A DNA stretch of 60,209 nt, counting the filler, from Squatina squatina (taxonomy: Eukaryota), in the NCBI GenBank assembly GCA_031763465.1. It is 3 parts of 3 records of this genome, joined end to end, with 100 filler letters (N's around TTAATTAATTAA, not from the genome) between each part and the next. Parts side by side here need not be neighbours in the genome. Positions count along the whole stretch, not along the records: positions 19,575 to 32,709 come from JARFOE010000073.1; positions 32,810 to 60,209 come from JARFOE010000013.1; 1 more part is not named here. One strand, given 5' to 3'. Position 1 is the first letter of the stretch. Each line of letters starts with the position of its first letter. Both the position numbers and the translations under genes were made by a program. Positions 24,297 to 37,500 of this stretch are shown here, in pieces. The notes under the pieces are model-generated. The model had not been told where the DNA came from and ran no database searches. It worked only from the letters and a program-made list of their open reading frames with translations.

Positions 24297-25839
24297 NNNN
24301 NNNNNNNNNNNNNNNNNNNNNNNNNNNNNNNNNNNNNNNNNNNNNNNNNNNNNNNNNNNNNNNNNNNNNNNNNNNNNNNNNNNNNNNNNNNNNNNNTGGT
24401 ACTCAAAAGGTCATCTGTGTGCTACTGAAAGGTTTTAATCGGGACAAGCAGACCGAGACCTAACCAGTAATCATCCAGCTTGGAATTGCAATCTCCGAAC
24501 ATAACCCCATGTGATTTCAACAATTGCTCCTCCATTTAAGGGGAACATCACAATGACAAAAGAGTGGTGAGTAAATCTAAAATTTACAACTATAATTCAG
24601 GTTAAATATGAAATGCAAAGGAGTATTGGATGTGTCGTGCGTGTGCATCCTGCAATCGCTGTTGGTCATAGAAGGCTTCCACCAAAGTGGATATTCTAGC
24701 CTTTGAAGGCTTACCGATGCTAAAGACGCCCTTCCAGTGAAAGTACCTAGTTGCCAGTAAGTTTTATTTCTAAGATAATTAATATAACCTAATTTTGTTA
24801 GTAAGATAGTTGAACTTTAAAAATTTCTTTCCATTTTCAAAGCTGCTTTTGTTCTTGCANNNNNNNNNNTTATTAGTCTGAACATGGTTCTGCATTTTAC
24901 AAATGCCACACTGTCCGATTCAATGGCACACTAATTATAGAAATGGATAAGTGCAGTGAATTAGGTCTTCAGAATTATAAAAAAAAAGACATTAAATTAC
25001 TTAATTTACATATTTATCAAGTTTAAGCAGAACTGTAGAAGGTGTGTACACTGTTATCCAGAAGAAATATTAAGGAAAGGTATGCGATTTTGGATGTTTT
25101 TCCTGTTCCGATGGTTTCTGGTTTCCCACATNNNNNNNNNNNNNNNNNNNNNNNNNNNNNNNNNNNNNNNNNNNNNNNNNNNNNNNNNNNNNNNNNNNNN
25201 NNNNNNNNNNNNNNNNNNNNNNNNNNNNNNNCACTATTGAATTTCTTGTTGAAATCTTGGATGGTCCTAGTTTTAATTCAGAATCCTTACACTAAGATTT
25301 ACTGGTAATCCAGATTATCGTGAAATTCTGTTATGATCGTTAACAAAATTGTCCTAAATTCATATGCAGTCAGCCTATGGGGACCATTTAACAAAATGAT
25401 CATTTTGCAATTGTAATTCTTTTGAGATATCCCTTTATTGTATCTCATTGCAGTTAATTTATCCCAGCAAAGGTAAATGTTTCTAACAGAAGTTTCAGGA
25501 GGTGAAACCTTGTCAGAAAATAGGCTGTTTAATAGGTGTCATAAAACAAGTTTGCTTTTAGTTTTAATGCAGGCTATATACTGTGTGTTGTACTTCTCAG
25601 TTCATCATTTCATTCTCTATTTTACTTGATAACTGGAAACTAGGATAACTCTGAATTGTGATCTCTCAATTTTATGCAAAGTAGCATTACCTCCCCACAA
25701 AATATGATGAATTGAATGTTTTTATGTCTTGCTGCAACAAAATATAAACATGAAATATTGATTGGAAGCTTCTAAATGTTCACTCCAATATTTCAGTTTT
25801 GCACAGTGTATGCTAACTGATATATTTCTTTTAATACAG

Positions 25840-25967
25840 TTACAGATGTAGAACTGAAGAGATTGAAAGATGCCTTCAAGAGAACCAGTGGACTTTCTTG
25901 TTACATGAACCAACAAGCCTTTGTTAGGGAAGTACTTGGAGATGGGGTTCCACCCAAAGTTGCAGAG
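25840..25967 (+). CDS. USP32: Ubiquitin-specific protease 32, coding exon 2
   Basis: aatacAG|...|GTgggt, 128 bp. Encodes VTDVELKRLKDAFKRTSGLSCYMNQQAFVREVLGDGVPPKVAE, matching the USP32 N-terminus. Confidence 0.93.
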
Positions 25968-27620
25968 GTGGGTGTTTAAATGTATTTGTGTACTGTGAAT
26001 GATGTGTAATAAGTTTTAAAAACCAGGCCATGCTAACACGGTGAAGGGCAATGTTACATCTAGCATGTTGAAGTTACTGTGGAGGTTTAACAAAAATTGG
26101 GATTATTTTAATGGAAGAAGACAGGTAAATGAATAAAGACTGAATGTTAGTTAGGATGTGATTCCTAAGTTTTAAACTCTTATCTATACATTTCAGCAGA
26201 TAGTATAGATAACTCTGCATGTTATAGTTGTTATACCAACATTTATTCAAATTCTGTTACCCAATTGTGCTTTTGCACCACATAATTGGTGTCGCTGAGT
26301 TCATCTTTGCAATTTCGCTGGGCTCATCTTGAAGATTCGACATTTTAAAGGAAAACAACCCCCAAATGCAAATTAACTTGCCATTGTGTGTACAAAATAG
26401 AAAATCCTCTGATATTTTAATAAGAAAATTAGTGTGACAAAAATGAAGCATTTTATCTTAAGTTGTCGCGTGGTTTTGGTTTCTTTAATTCTGTAATGGT
26501 ACACATGGAGTTAAAAGCAGCGAAACCAACAGGAAAACATGCCCTAGTTTATTTTGATACAAAACTTGAAAACTTTGTTGTTTTGCCAGAGCCAGGTCTC
26601 TTGGGTAGGGAGAGTAAGCCATTCACTTCAAAGATAAACATTTCACTGGATTGGTTTGAATATGCAGTTGATTGGCTATAAGCAGCTGAACATCTATTTA
26701 CATTTTAAACAAAAGCAAAATACTGCAGATGCTATTTAAATTTGCTTGGTCCTGGTCTTTTTGTAAGAAATTATTTCTCAGCTGGTCTGTTTCAAATTGG
26801 AGAATCTGCCTGAAGCTTTGAAAGATGGTCAGGCCAGAGAGCTTCCATGGGATGACTAGGGGGAAAACTGCTGTATAGGAATATTGTATGCATTGTAGTT
26901 TAGAGCAGCAGACGCAGCTATTGTAATATTCTGTGTACTTGAGATAGTTAAGATTAGAAACTGCTGTTTTTATAAAAAAAAATCTAGTGTGTCGCAGCTA
27001 CTGTTCACTTATTCTCTTACTGTTCAACAGATTTCTTTTGCAGTTAAAGCTGAATAGTAGTTTAGTGTAGAGCTACTCTGCCACTTTCCTAAGCTAAGGA
27101 AGATCACACGATGGCTCACTATGAGTAAGCTAAAACAAAATAAAATGGGTTTGCTGCTTGATACCTGAACACACTACAAATTTATTTAGATTTTCTGGCA
27201 AATGAAAGCACTCTCTAGCGATTATGGGGAATGTGGGTTAGCATATGGCAGTGGTTAATGACACTGAAGGAAAAGAATCTTGAGAGCTTCTTTTTAAAAA
27301 AAAAAACACTAAGTTCTGATCCTTCTCTACAAGCTGACTGAAGGCAACTATTTTGCAAATTGTAAGTGAGGCTTCAGCTGAGTTACAAAGCAGAACTAGG
27401 TCAAATGGAGCCTTGCTCCTGATGTTCACCTCCTCCTCCTTTATAATTATTAACCTTAAGGTGCAGCACTTAATTAGGTTGTTTCGTAATTTTTTAGTTT
27501 TGAAATAAAACATGAAGTGANNNNNNNNNNNNNNNNNNNNNNNNNNNNNNNNNNNNNNNNNNNNNNNNNNNNNNNNNNNNNNNNNNNNNNNNNNNNNNNN
27601 NNNNNNNNNNNNNNNNNNNN

Positions 27621-28362
27621 ACAAACTCCATTCCTGAGCCACTGACTCCATCCCTCTCCCTAATGTCAGTATCAGGCTGAACCAGACTGTTTGCAACCCT
27701 GGTGTCATATTTGACCCTGAAATGAGCTTCTGACCACATCCGCAGCATAACTAAAACCACCTATTTCCACCTCCGTAACATTGCCTGTCTCTGCCCTTGC
27801 CTCAGCTCATCCACTGCTGAAACCCTCATCCATGGCTTTTAACTCAAGACTTGACTATTCCAACGCACTCCTGGCTGGCCTCCCACATTCTACCCTCCGT
27901 GAACTTGAGGTCATCCAAAACTTGGCTGCTCGTGTCCTATCTTGCACTAAGTCCTGTTCACCCATCACCCCGTGCTCGCTGACCTACATTGGCTCCTGGT
28001 TAAGCACTGCCTCCATGGCCTCGCCCCTCCATATCTCTGTAATCTCCTCCAGCCCCACAACCCCCTGAGGTGTCTGTGCTCCTCTCATTCTGCCCTCTTG
28101 AGCATCCTTGATTATAATCTCTCAACCATCGGTGGCCATGCCTTCTGTTGCCTAGGTCCTAAGCTCTGGAATTCCCTGCCTCTGCCTCTCTACCTCTCTT
28201 TCCTCCTTTTAAGACCTACCTCTTTGACCAAGCTTTTGGTCACCTGCTCTAATTTCTCCTTATGTGGTCCAGCGTCAAATTTTTTGTCTTATAATACTGC
28301 TGTGAAGCACCTTGGGACGTTTTACTACATTAAAGACGCTATATAAATACAAGTTGTTGTTG
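27621..28362 (+). mobile_element. L2-clade LINE 3' fragment in a USP32 intron
   Basis: Encodes SRLDYSNALLAGLP...LEVIQNLAARVL, LADLHWL and PKLWNSLP with frameshifts. Tail GCTATATAAATACAAGTTGTTGTTG. Confidence 0.88.
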
Positions 28363-28495
28363 GATGGCAGGGTTCCTTAAGTGGGGGAAGGAAATGAAAA
28401 TGAGGTCATAGTTTACAGAAATGCAGTTCCTTTTTCCATCAAAATATATTATGTCTTATGTACTGTATTTTAACTTGTACATTATTCTGTTACAG

Positions 28496-28614
28496 ATATT
28501 TTTAACCTCTTTGCTAATGAATCTGGGAGCTATGTCGTGCGAGAGGAGATGGAAACCATGTTACGGGCCTGTGATGGTGAGGTTCAACTGGGAGTTAAGA
28601 AGTGCTTTGTGGAG
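28496..28614 (+). CDS. USP32: USP32 coding exon 4
   Basis: gttacAG|...|GTaggt, 119 bp. Encodes YIFNLFANESGSYVVREEMETMLRACDGEVQLGVKKCFVE. Confidence 0.9.
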
Positions 28615-28659
28615 GTAGGTGCTTGACACTTTTTGTTTACATGCCTACTAATCCAAGTA

Positions 28660-28790
28660 TTCAAAGCAGAAAACAAAATACTGCAGATGCTGGAAATCTG
28701 AAACCGAAACAGAAAATGTTGACAACACTCAACTTGTCACTTCTTTCTACAGACTTGCTAACATTTCAGCTATGACCCTTCATCAAAAAT
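28660..28790 (+). mobile_element. Penelope-associated terminal repeat fragment
   Basis: AAATACTGCAGATGCTGGAAATCTGAAACCGAAACAGAAAATGTTG. Related pieces occur at ~20580-20650(-), ~34020-34080(-), ~36300-36380 and 52425-52480(-). Confidence 0.5.
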
Positions 28791-30004
28791 AATACACATG
28801 AACAGCTTCTCAGAAGGAACTGAGCAAGGGAAATGGGGGACACACAAAAGAGAGAAAATGAGCTGTAAAGTGATGTAGAGACCAGGAGATGGGTTAACTG
28901 CCAAGTTATAATAATGTAAGACAGGAGGAGGAATGATACAGGAGATTAAAGAAATAAAAGACAGTCAGAGACTGAAAAGTTAAATCAGGTTGGGTAAGGG
29001 ATGGGGAGCATGAAAACAGCAAAGCAGAGCAGGCTCCAGTGGCCCAGGGGTCTACTCTGCTTTGCCGTTTCTGCCTCTACCCACTTTTTGACCAGCAGGT
29101 TTCCCCCTGCACAGCAGATCCTCCTTCCTGTCTTCAGGATTCCTGCTGCAGCTGGACCCCTCCCTCTGGCCTCCTATCTTTTCTTGATCTTTGTCTTGTG
29201 AATGTGGCAATGGCTGTCAGTTTCTCCACTCGCTTCACTCACTAATCTATCTCCTTCTGAACTTAGAGCAATCTGTTCTCTCTGATCCAACACTGACCTC
29301 ATCAACCTACTGACCAGGAAAGTGCTGTCTGTGTATGNNNNNNNNNNNNNNNNNNNNNNNNNNNNNNNNNNNNNNNNNNNNNNNNNNNNNNNNNNNNNNN
29401 NNNNNNNNNNNNNNNNNNNNNNNNNNNNNNNNNNNNNAATGCCAATGATTGTTGCTGGGTTAGGGTTATGCTAAAGGGGCCTTTGGTGATGAACAGTTTC
29501 TGCAGATAAGTTAGGAAATAAGATACAGTAGTTATTTAATAGCATCAAAAAATGAAATGCTGCAATAGGGACCAGATTATTGGTGGTCTCCTATTTTAAA
29601 AATTTAGTTTTACATCTCTATTACTATTCCAAATAACTTTCTGTGGAGATGATAAACCATTTTATATCAAATGCTTCGAATAACATTTAAAACATCATTT
29701 TTCGAACTGCTTTGCTGTCTGCCCAGTGTTGAAAGACATGCGCATGTTGCAGAACATCTGATTTGAAACTGAATTACATGGGATAAGACTTCATAACCTG
29801 AACGACCTTTCCGCGTAAAATACTATTGAAGTGATGTTCTGCGTGCTTCACAAGCTTAAATCAACTCTAAAGACACACGAGGCACCATGGTAGCTATGGT
29901 TACTTGTGTTGATTTTATTTCTACTTGAGTTCCATTTTTCAGTGCATGCATGAATGTAAATGTTGTGCGTATAATTCTAGTTTGACACTTTGCTTTCATT
30001 TTAG

Positions 30005-30159
30005 GGAGAAAAGGTAAATTACGAGAAGTTCAAGAATTGGCTCCTTCAGAATAAGGATGCATTCACATTTGCTCGATGGCTGCTGTCGGGGGGAGTATGT
30101 GTCACTCTTACCGATGATAGTGATACACCTACCTTCTATCAAACTTTAGCTGGAGTCAC
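30005..30159 (+). CDS. USP32: USP32 coding exon 5 (3' end truncated by a gap)
   Basis: cattttAG|GEKVNYEKFKNWLLQNKDAFTFARWLLSGGVCVTLTDDSDTPTFYQTLAGVT, in phase with exon 4. Confidence 0.95.
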
Positions 30160-31217
30160 NNNNNNNNNNNNNNNNNNNNNNNNNNNNNNNNNNNNNNNNN
30201 NNNNNNNNNNNNNNNNNNNNNNNNNNNNNNNNNNNNNNNNNNNNNNNNNNNNNNNNNNNTAAATTGAATACACTTTGTTTTTATTGTCTTCGGATCTTGA
30301 CTGATCCGTCTCTTCATTTAAGCTTGTTTTGAAGGACACTTTGATTTGAGTATGGTGGGCATGAATCTCGGACGAGTATTGTCGGTGCGAGTTGATTATG
30401 GTATGCCTGTACTGCTGCCTGCCTGAAAGAATAGCACCTGCAGGTGGGTGAATATACATTGGGCTCCTGCAAGTAGTAATACTTCCTGAAGTGTACCGTT
30501 GATTTTATTAAGAATGAAATTCAATTCACATTGCAGTATAAGATGACAATTGGTTATCTGTGTAATATACTATTTTTATGAATGCAAAATTTCTATGACA
30601 CATGAGCGCTGCAGCTTGTTGACAAGGGAAATGAAATATAATGTTGAGTGGCTGTTAATTTTATTCATGTGACTTTAGAGACCACCTATTTTGTCATTGG
30701 AATTTTGTCACAGACCATATTTAGATTGATGACTGCAGTTTCTCACCCAAGTGTCTGTTGCTGTGCTGTAGGTGGAGTAGAAGCACACACAATGTATGTG
30801 TGGACAATTTTAATTGAGTCCTATGCTTAAACAACAGCCTATTATTTCTACATAGCTCCTCAAATAGAGAATGATTTCTCAGCGCCTTTCATGGCTGTGG
30901 ACAAATGAGTGGATTAAGAACTGCAGGAATACGGGACTAGGAGATGCAGTGATTAGCACGGTTGAGAAGTGTCTTTATGGGCTTTTCAACAGGAGGGAGT
31001 GGGGTTGTTCGGAAGGAAGTTCCAGAGGGCAAGTTCCGAGAGGCTAAAGGAGTGATTGCTGATAGTGGAGCAGGAGCATGAGGTGTAAGTCAGTATCTGA
31101 GGAATGAAAGGGACATANNNNNNNNNNNNNNNNNNNNNNNNNNNNNNNNNNNNNNNNNNNNNNNNNNNNNNNNNNNNNNNNNNNNNNNNNNNNNNNNNNN
31201 NNNNNNNNNNNNNNNNN

Positions 31218-32000
31218 CATCCGCAAGCTTTAAGTTTGTTCCCAAATGTGCAGTAACGCCAACCTCAACCCCTCCACTGCCTCTGTTGCCAGACTGCTTG
31301 TCCGACATCCAGTCTTGGATGAGATGCCGTTTCTTTCAGCTAAACATTGAGGAAAACTGAAGCGACAATTTTTGCCCGCCTTCCTTGAGTTCCATACCCC
31401 TCTCATTGATTTTATCCCTCTCCTCAGCCGCTGTCTCAGGCTGAACCAGACTGTTTGCAACCCTGAGCTGAGTTTCTGACCCTGTATCCACCTACTTCCA
31501 CCTCTGCCCTGTCAGTCAGTCACTAAAACCATCCATGCCTTTGTCACCTCCCAGGTATATTGAATCCAATGCTCTCGTAGGCAGCTCCCCATCTTCCACC
31601 TTCTATAAAATTACGCTCTTGCAAAATTGTGCTGCCTGTATCCTATTCTACTCACACATCACCCCGTCCTTGTTGACCTACATTGCAATTCAGTTCCCCA
31701 ACACCTCGAATTCTCATACTTGTGTTTAAATCACTTCACGGCTTTGCTGCTCCCTCTCTGTAATCTCCAGCTCTACGACCACCTCCCTCAAATTCTCTGT
31801 TCTATCAACTCTGGCCTCTGGTGCCCCACCATTGGCAAATGTGCTTTTTGCCACCTCAGCCCTCTCTAAACCACTCCAACTTTAAAACTTTGTTTAAAAC
31901 CTACCTTTTTAGTCAGCCTGCCAGATATCACCTTTGGTTTCAGATCTGTTTTTCTTTGTGTCTGTCAAGTGTCTTGAGACATTTCTTTTACATTAAAGAC
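31218..32000 (+). mobile_element. Degenerate L2 LINE 3' fragment
   Basis: Homologous to 27621-28362 (AGGCTGAACCAGACTGTTTGCAACCCTG is shared). Ends TACATTAAAGACACT. Confidence 0.8.
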
Positions 32001-32311
32001 ACTAACAGTGCCATTTGTCATAAATGAGTTCTAGGTTTTTTTTAAAGTACAGTAACACTTTTTAAAGCCATTTTGGTAAGTATTTGATTTTTTAATTTAG
32101 AAAATCTTGTTTGAATTCAGTCAATAATGTTGAATAAGCTATGGTGCAATCCTATGCATTTAACAAAATAAAAACTGTGGCTGACATTTTAAAGATGTGT
32201 TTGATGTCTGTTTCATAACCAACAGTTTTGTATCAATCTGCTTAAAATTTTATGTGCTCAACCCCAGGTTTCTTGTGTACATGAACTGATAACATTTATT
32301 TCTATTCACAG

Positions 32312-32443
32312 TGGAAGAATCTGATATAATTGATCTTGAGAAACGTTACTGGCTGCTTAAGGCTCAGTCAAGGACTGGACGTTTTGATTTGGAAACATTT
32401 GTTCCTTTAGTTTCTCCACCCATCCATCCATCTTTAAGTGAAG
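32312..32443 (+). CDS. USP32: USP32 coding exon 6
   Basis: attcacAG|...|GTaatg, 132 bp. Encodes LEESDIIDLEKRYWLLKAQSRTGRFDLETFVPLVSPPIHPSLSEG. Confidence 0.95.
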
Positions 32444-32709
32444 GTAATGCAGGCAGTTTACTGAGAATAATGTATACAGGGAGTTAACTACATGACTGGA
32501 ACCCAATGAACGTCAAAACTGTGGCGGCAAATGCTTTAGAAAATATGGGACTTCAATTGAAATTGGTTCATTCAGTTTTATTGTGAATTCAAATACTGTG
32601 ACGTCTAGATTAATGTACATGAGCTTACAATTGTAAAGGATTATTTGATCATTATGTAGAAATACTATCAATTCAAGTACTTGACCTGGAGGGGGAGAAC
32701 CAACAGTGG

Positions 32710-32809
32710 NNNNNNNNNNNNNNNNNNNNNNNNNNNNNNNNNNNNNNNNNNNNTTAATTAATTAANNNNNNNNNNNNNNNNNNNNNNNNNNNNNNNNNNN
32801 NNNNNNNNN
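32710..32809. other. Artificial record-joining spacer
   Basis: 44 N + TTAATTAATTAA (32754-32765) + 44 N. Confidence 0.95.
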
Positions 32810-32858
32810 GAGGTATTATGTTGGCTCCAAATGTTGACATTTTGTTCATTGAAATAAT

Positions 32859-33518
32859 GGCCCTGAATTTGTGATCGGAGGCCTCCAATCGCAAAAATAT
32901 CTACGAACTTACCTGACAGTCCTGGATCCATGGGAACTTGCAATTTTCTGCCCCCAGAGTTGGGCATTCAGATCGCAGCTCTGTTGTTTCCCAGGGAAGG
33001 CCAGTGAACAGTCTGGAGAGGTCACATGACTATCGCAGGAGTATCTCTCATTCTGACAGATCTGTCCAAGCTTGAATGAGAGATGAAAGTACACAAACAC
33101 ATCCAAAAACATTTTTTAAATGATTGTAAAATTAAAATTTAATATAAAGGAGATAAATAAGATAAAAACAATTCTTTGAAATTAAAAAAATCTTTTAAAA
33201 TGTTTAAAAATGTACTCACCTTAATGGGAATGTTTTTAAAATAACATACCATTAATTTTTTTGATTTTAACATTTTAAAAAACTCTTACACTGGTAAAAC
33301 CAAGCATATACGCTTGGTTTTACCATGCGTAAACAAGTTAGAGATTTCCAGCGCAAGCATGGAGAAAATCTCGCAAAGCTGTGCTATGGAAAAATTTTGA
33401 CAGATCGCAAGTGCCGGATCTGCGGGCATGCGCAGTGCAGCCCAAGATTCAGCACATGCGAGGTCCCCCCAGGTGCGTGGGAACATCCAGCACCCAGAGG
33501 GATCGCAATTTCAGGCCC
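32859..33518. mobile_element. Complete Harbinger-type MITE (660 bp)
   Basis: TIRs GGCCCTGAATTTGTGATC and GATCGCAATTTCAGGCCC (15/18 match), flanked by a 3-bp AAT target duplication (32856-32858, 33519-33521). Confidence 0.75.
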
Positions 33519-33569
33519 AATGTGAAACTGGTAACATAACTACATGCTTAATGAATATAAATATATGTA

Positions 33570-33630
33570 CAATGTAAATATATTTATTTATTATATATAT
33601 ATATAATATATATACATATATAAATATGGA
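33570..33630. repeat. TA-rich microsatellite
   Basis: Imperfect (TA)n run. Confidence 0.7.
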
Positions 33631-34103
33631 TGTAGCATATCCATCACACTTCAGACATCACACGCTGTGCAAAATACCAACAAATCAGAATTGAACAATC
33701 TTAAAAAGTCTATATACGAAAGGAGAAAAAGAGCCCATTATATCCAGCTGTTTTTTCTGAACTTGAAATAACTGGCCCTCCAAGGTGAGGAGACAAGCGA
33801 CAGCCAATCTAGAGAAGCTACCAAAAGCTCCAGTCAACCTGTGCAGCAACTCCCCACAAGGAGTACCTGAGCAGTGGGCTGACAAAAGGCCAGGGCAGCA
33901 GCTTCCAAACCCAAGACTACTTGCAAGCAACACCACAGTAGATCAACTAGTATTTTTAAAGAAAACAGGTAAATAAGAAAGACAATTACAAATTTTGGAA
34001 ATCCATTGAAGGGTCAGCAAGTTTTCCCTGTTCAGATGCTGAGAGACTTGTTATATATTTCCAGCATTTCTGTTTGTTTTATCATATTGTTCTGTTTGTT
34101 TAT

Positions 34104-34566
34104 GTCAGCTGTGACACTATGGATAGCACTCTCACCTCTGAATCAGAAGATGTGGGTTTAATTCCCACTCCAGGGACCTGAGCACAAAAATTAAGGCTGA
34201 CAGTACAGTACTGAGGGAGTGGCGCACTGTCAAAGGTGCCATCTTTTGGATGAGATGTTAAACCAAGGCCCTATCTGCTCTCTCAAGTGGATGTAAAAGA
34301 TCCCATGGCACTGTTTCGAAGAAGAGCAGGGGAGTTATCCTCAGTGTCCTAGCCAATATTTATCCCTCAATCAACTTCACTAAAACAGATTATCTGGTCA
34401 TTATCACATTGCTGTTTGTGGGAGCTTGCTTGTGCTCAAATTGGCTGCCGCGCTTCCTATATTACAACAGTGACCACATTCCAAAAGTGCTTCATTGGCT
34501 GTAAAGCACTTTGGTACATCTGGTGGTTGTGAAAGGCGTTATATAAATCCAAATCTTTCTTTCTTT
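34104..34566 (+). mobile_element. Near full-length tRNA-derived Deu-domain SINE (SacSINE1-like)
   Basis: Degenerate A/B boxes (GGGTTTAATTCCC ~34154), Deu-like core (GGATGAGATGTTAAACCAAGGCCC...AAAGATCCCATGGCACT...GTGTCCTAGCCAA), and an L2-like tail ending TCTTTCTTTCTTT. Confidence 0.8.
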
Positions 34567-37500
34567 ATTATTATGAATGAAGGAGACTTAAAGTGAATCA
34601 GGAATAAAAATTAGAATTCAGTTTTAACGATAACTGTCTGAGGCTTCTCCATAAATAATATTAATGTTTACCAGGAATTACTTACATCATAGATGAAAAT
34701 GTGGTTCCACAGGATCACTCATTAAAATTATATTACAAATCCTATTCTGATACAAGTTATGACATGAACAAGCAATAGAACAATCTGATCATAAAACACC
34801 AGGGAGGTTTAAACTGTTCTGTGAATTAGTGCTAGTGGATGCACTAATTGTGCATTAAGGAATAGTAGTTTTGTGTTTTGGCATTAATTGAGTAGGTGTT
34901 AGCTTTTGACCATATTGATAAACTCACTCTTGGGAGTAAATATTCCCAATGCACATTAACACTCATGCCCAGTGTTTACAGCTCTTTTTGTTAACTGCTT
35001 GTTAAGCAGTAATTAATCTGGAATGCACAACTTTACTATTTAGTTGATTTTCATATCCCACTAATTATGGTGGAGTCAGCGCAGCAGAGGATCAGCAAGT
35101 GCAAGTCTCAGCTCAGTGTCACAAGTCCAGTCTAGTTGGTTGTGTGGAACTTCGGAACTTTTATGTTTGTGCAGTTGCAATCTGCCTTACTCTTCCTGAC
35201 CTGGACCCATATCTGGCAGATGTAATTAATAATAGATAAAGCTAGTGTTACAGGACCGAGGTCAAGCATGTATTCACCATGCAGGGTTGCGTGTTTAAGG
35301 CTGTTGAATGAGAGACTATTCATTACAGTACCTCAATCTCTGAAAGTTCACGACCAGCGCCGCAAGACTATTGCAAAAGCGAATGGAAAGTTAGGAAAAA
35401 TTGTCAGGATAGTTAAATACAAAACAAAAAAATACTATAATGTATTTGTATAAGAACAGCTGGTCTTTTCCTCTCCTTAGTTTTCATTTATTTGTTTTTA
35501 TATGTTTGTATCCTAAAAGATCTTTAATATTGACAACTCTGTGCTTCACAGAGTAAACATGTCTTTAAGACATGTCTGAATCTTAAGTGCTAATGGTACT
35601 CAATGTTCTAGTCTAACCTTATCTGCATAATTAATCACAACTTCAGATGTAAAATCAGGTGAGTCGAGAGATGATGCCACTGCGAGGAGAGAAAAGTTGT
35701 GCTGGTTAAATTTAAAAGGACGGGGAAAATTGAGTGTGACTGTCACAAGGAGGAGTGCAAAAATTTAGAAAACTTCTGAAGAGTATTAAAAGGTATTTCA
35801 GCCTTATGCCAAGGTTGAAGAGGCAAAGGATTAAGAAGGGTAGGTTAGGAGGAAGGGAATGAACCCCTTGGTGCAGGCATTGGTCNNNNNNNNNNNNNNN
35901 NNNNNNNNNNNNNNNNNNNNNNNNNNNNNNNNNNNNNNNNNNNNNNNNNNNNNNNNNNNNNNNNNNNNNNNNNNNNNNNNNNNNNCCTTGGAGCTGAGAG
36001 GCCTAAACGTGCCAAAAACCTTGTTTTCACTGACAGAAGGGCTATGTGGCTTTGGTGTGAAGTTACTAGCTGCTGGAGTCACATTTTGAGGTTTCCATTA
36101 CACCGAACAGTCAGAGTGCTGATTAGATTCCACGTTTATATTCCAAGTTTAGCAAAGCAATCCTTTCAATGCAATGCTACAGTTAGAGTGTAGGCACACT
36201 TTTAGAATTCAAATGGCAGTGAAATGACATTCCGTCAGTGAGAAAGTAAAGGATCAATATTGTTTCTCCTGCAAAATAATTAATGCTTTAACGTAAAACA
36301 GTTACAGAAAATGCTGGAAATTCTCATTAAGTTGATCAACATCTGGAAAGAGAAAAGATTGACTAATGTTTCAGACAGACTTCATTGATTTGTGAAGTTA
36401 GTTACCATTGAAGCTGATGTCACAATGGGTTCAAAAGGCAATCAGATATGTTTGTAGGGAAAATAATAGCTTGAGGAATATGAGTGGTGAGGCTGTGATC
36501 CAGCAGACATGGGGGCACAGTTTGGGAAATGATGGGCATGCAACCATTGTTTTAATGGATGGAAAATCAGGGGCTTCACACCCATGATTTGTCATGATGT
36601 GTTTACTGCAAGCACTACTCACCCTTGGAAGTGCTGGAAACTGGAATTACCCTTTAGGTGAGAAGGTGGGTAGTTTAGATTTCAATATAAAAAAGGAATG
36701 ATCTTTTCCAAAAAATATCTCTGCCCATATGTCCATATGGTTAACCAAATTAACCTTCTATAAATCCATTACCATATAATTCTCTGGTATTCGTCACAGA
36801 TATGTTACTATTCATTGTAAAGTGTGGAATCATAAAACAATGCAGAGATCCTGCATTACTCTAGTAATATGCCATCTGCTATCAAGTTCTAACATCTGCA
36901 GTTACATACATCTATTCTGGCACTAACTATCCTGAAGGCCAATACCATCTGGCTCTTTACATCTAAATACTCAGATCTCTGTGCTCATACCAAAGCTTTT
37001 TCCTATTCTTCAATCTANNNNNNNNNNNNNNNNNNNNNNNNNNNNNNNNNNNNNNNNNNNNNNNNNNNNNNNNNNNNNNNNNNNNNNNNNNNNNNNNNNN
37101 NNNNNNNNNNNNNNNNNGTCCAACGCTAAAGTTAGCGCCAAAAATCAGCATTAAGCACTAAACACTGATTTAGCGCTCATTTGGCGCCCAAAAAACCCCC
37201 AAATTTGGCACCCAGTTTCTCTTGATGGCTGTGGAAACTATGATGGTGCTCCTGCCATGATATCTTGGCAGGTTTAACTGTGTATTTCTGAACTTTAGAG
37301 TGGCAGTATTAATTCACTGCTTAATGATTCTTAAGCTTTATTAAAGCTGAACAGCAATTAGTCTGCTCACTCCTGATCAGCCTTGTCTTAATTGTATAGA
37401 AATAAATACTGATAAGGAACATGGGGAGGTCATTGTTGGTATTGGCATTGCTATGTAAACCAAGTTGTTCTGTAAGGTCTAAGTTTGTTTTAAATTGCTT

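Noticed and set aside
34104-34175. tRNA gene
   Set aside because: The A/B boxes are degenerate and continue directly into a SINE body.
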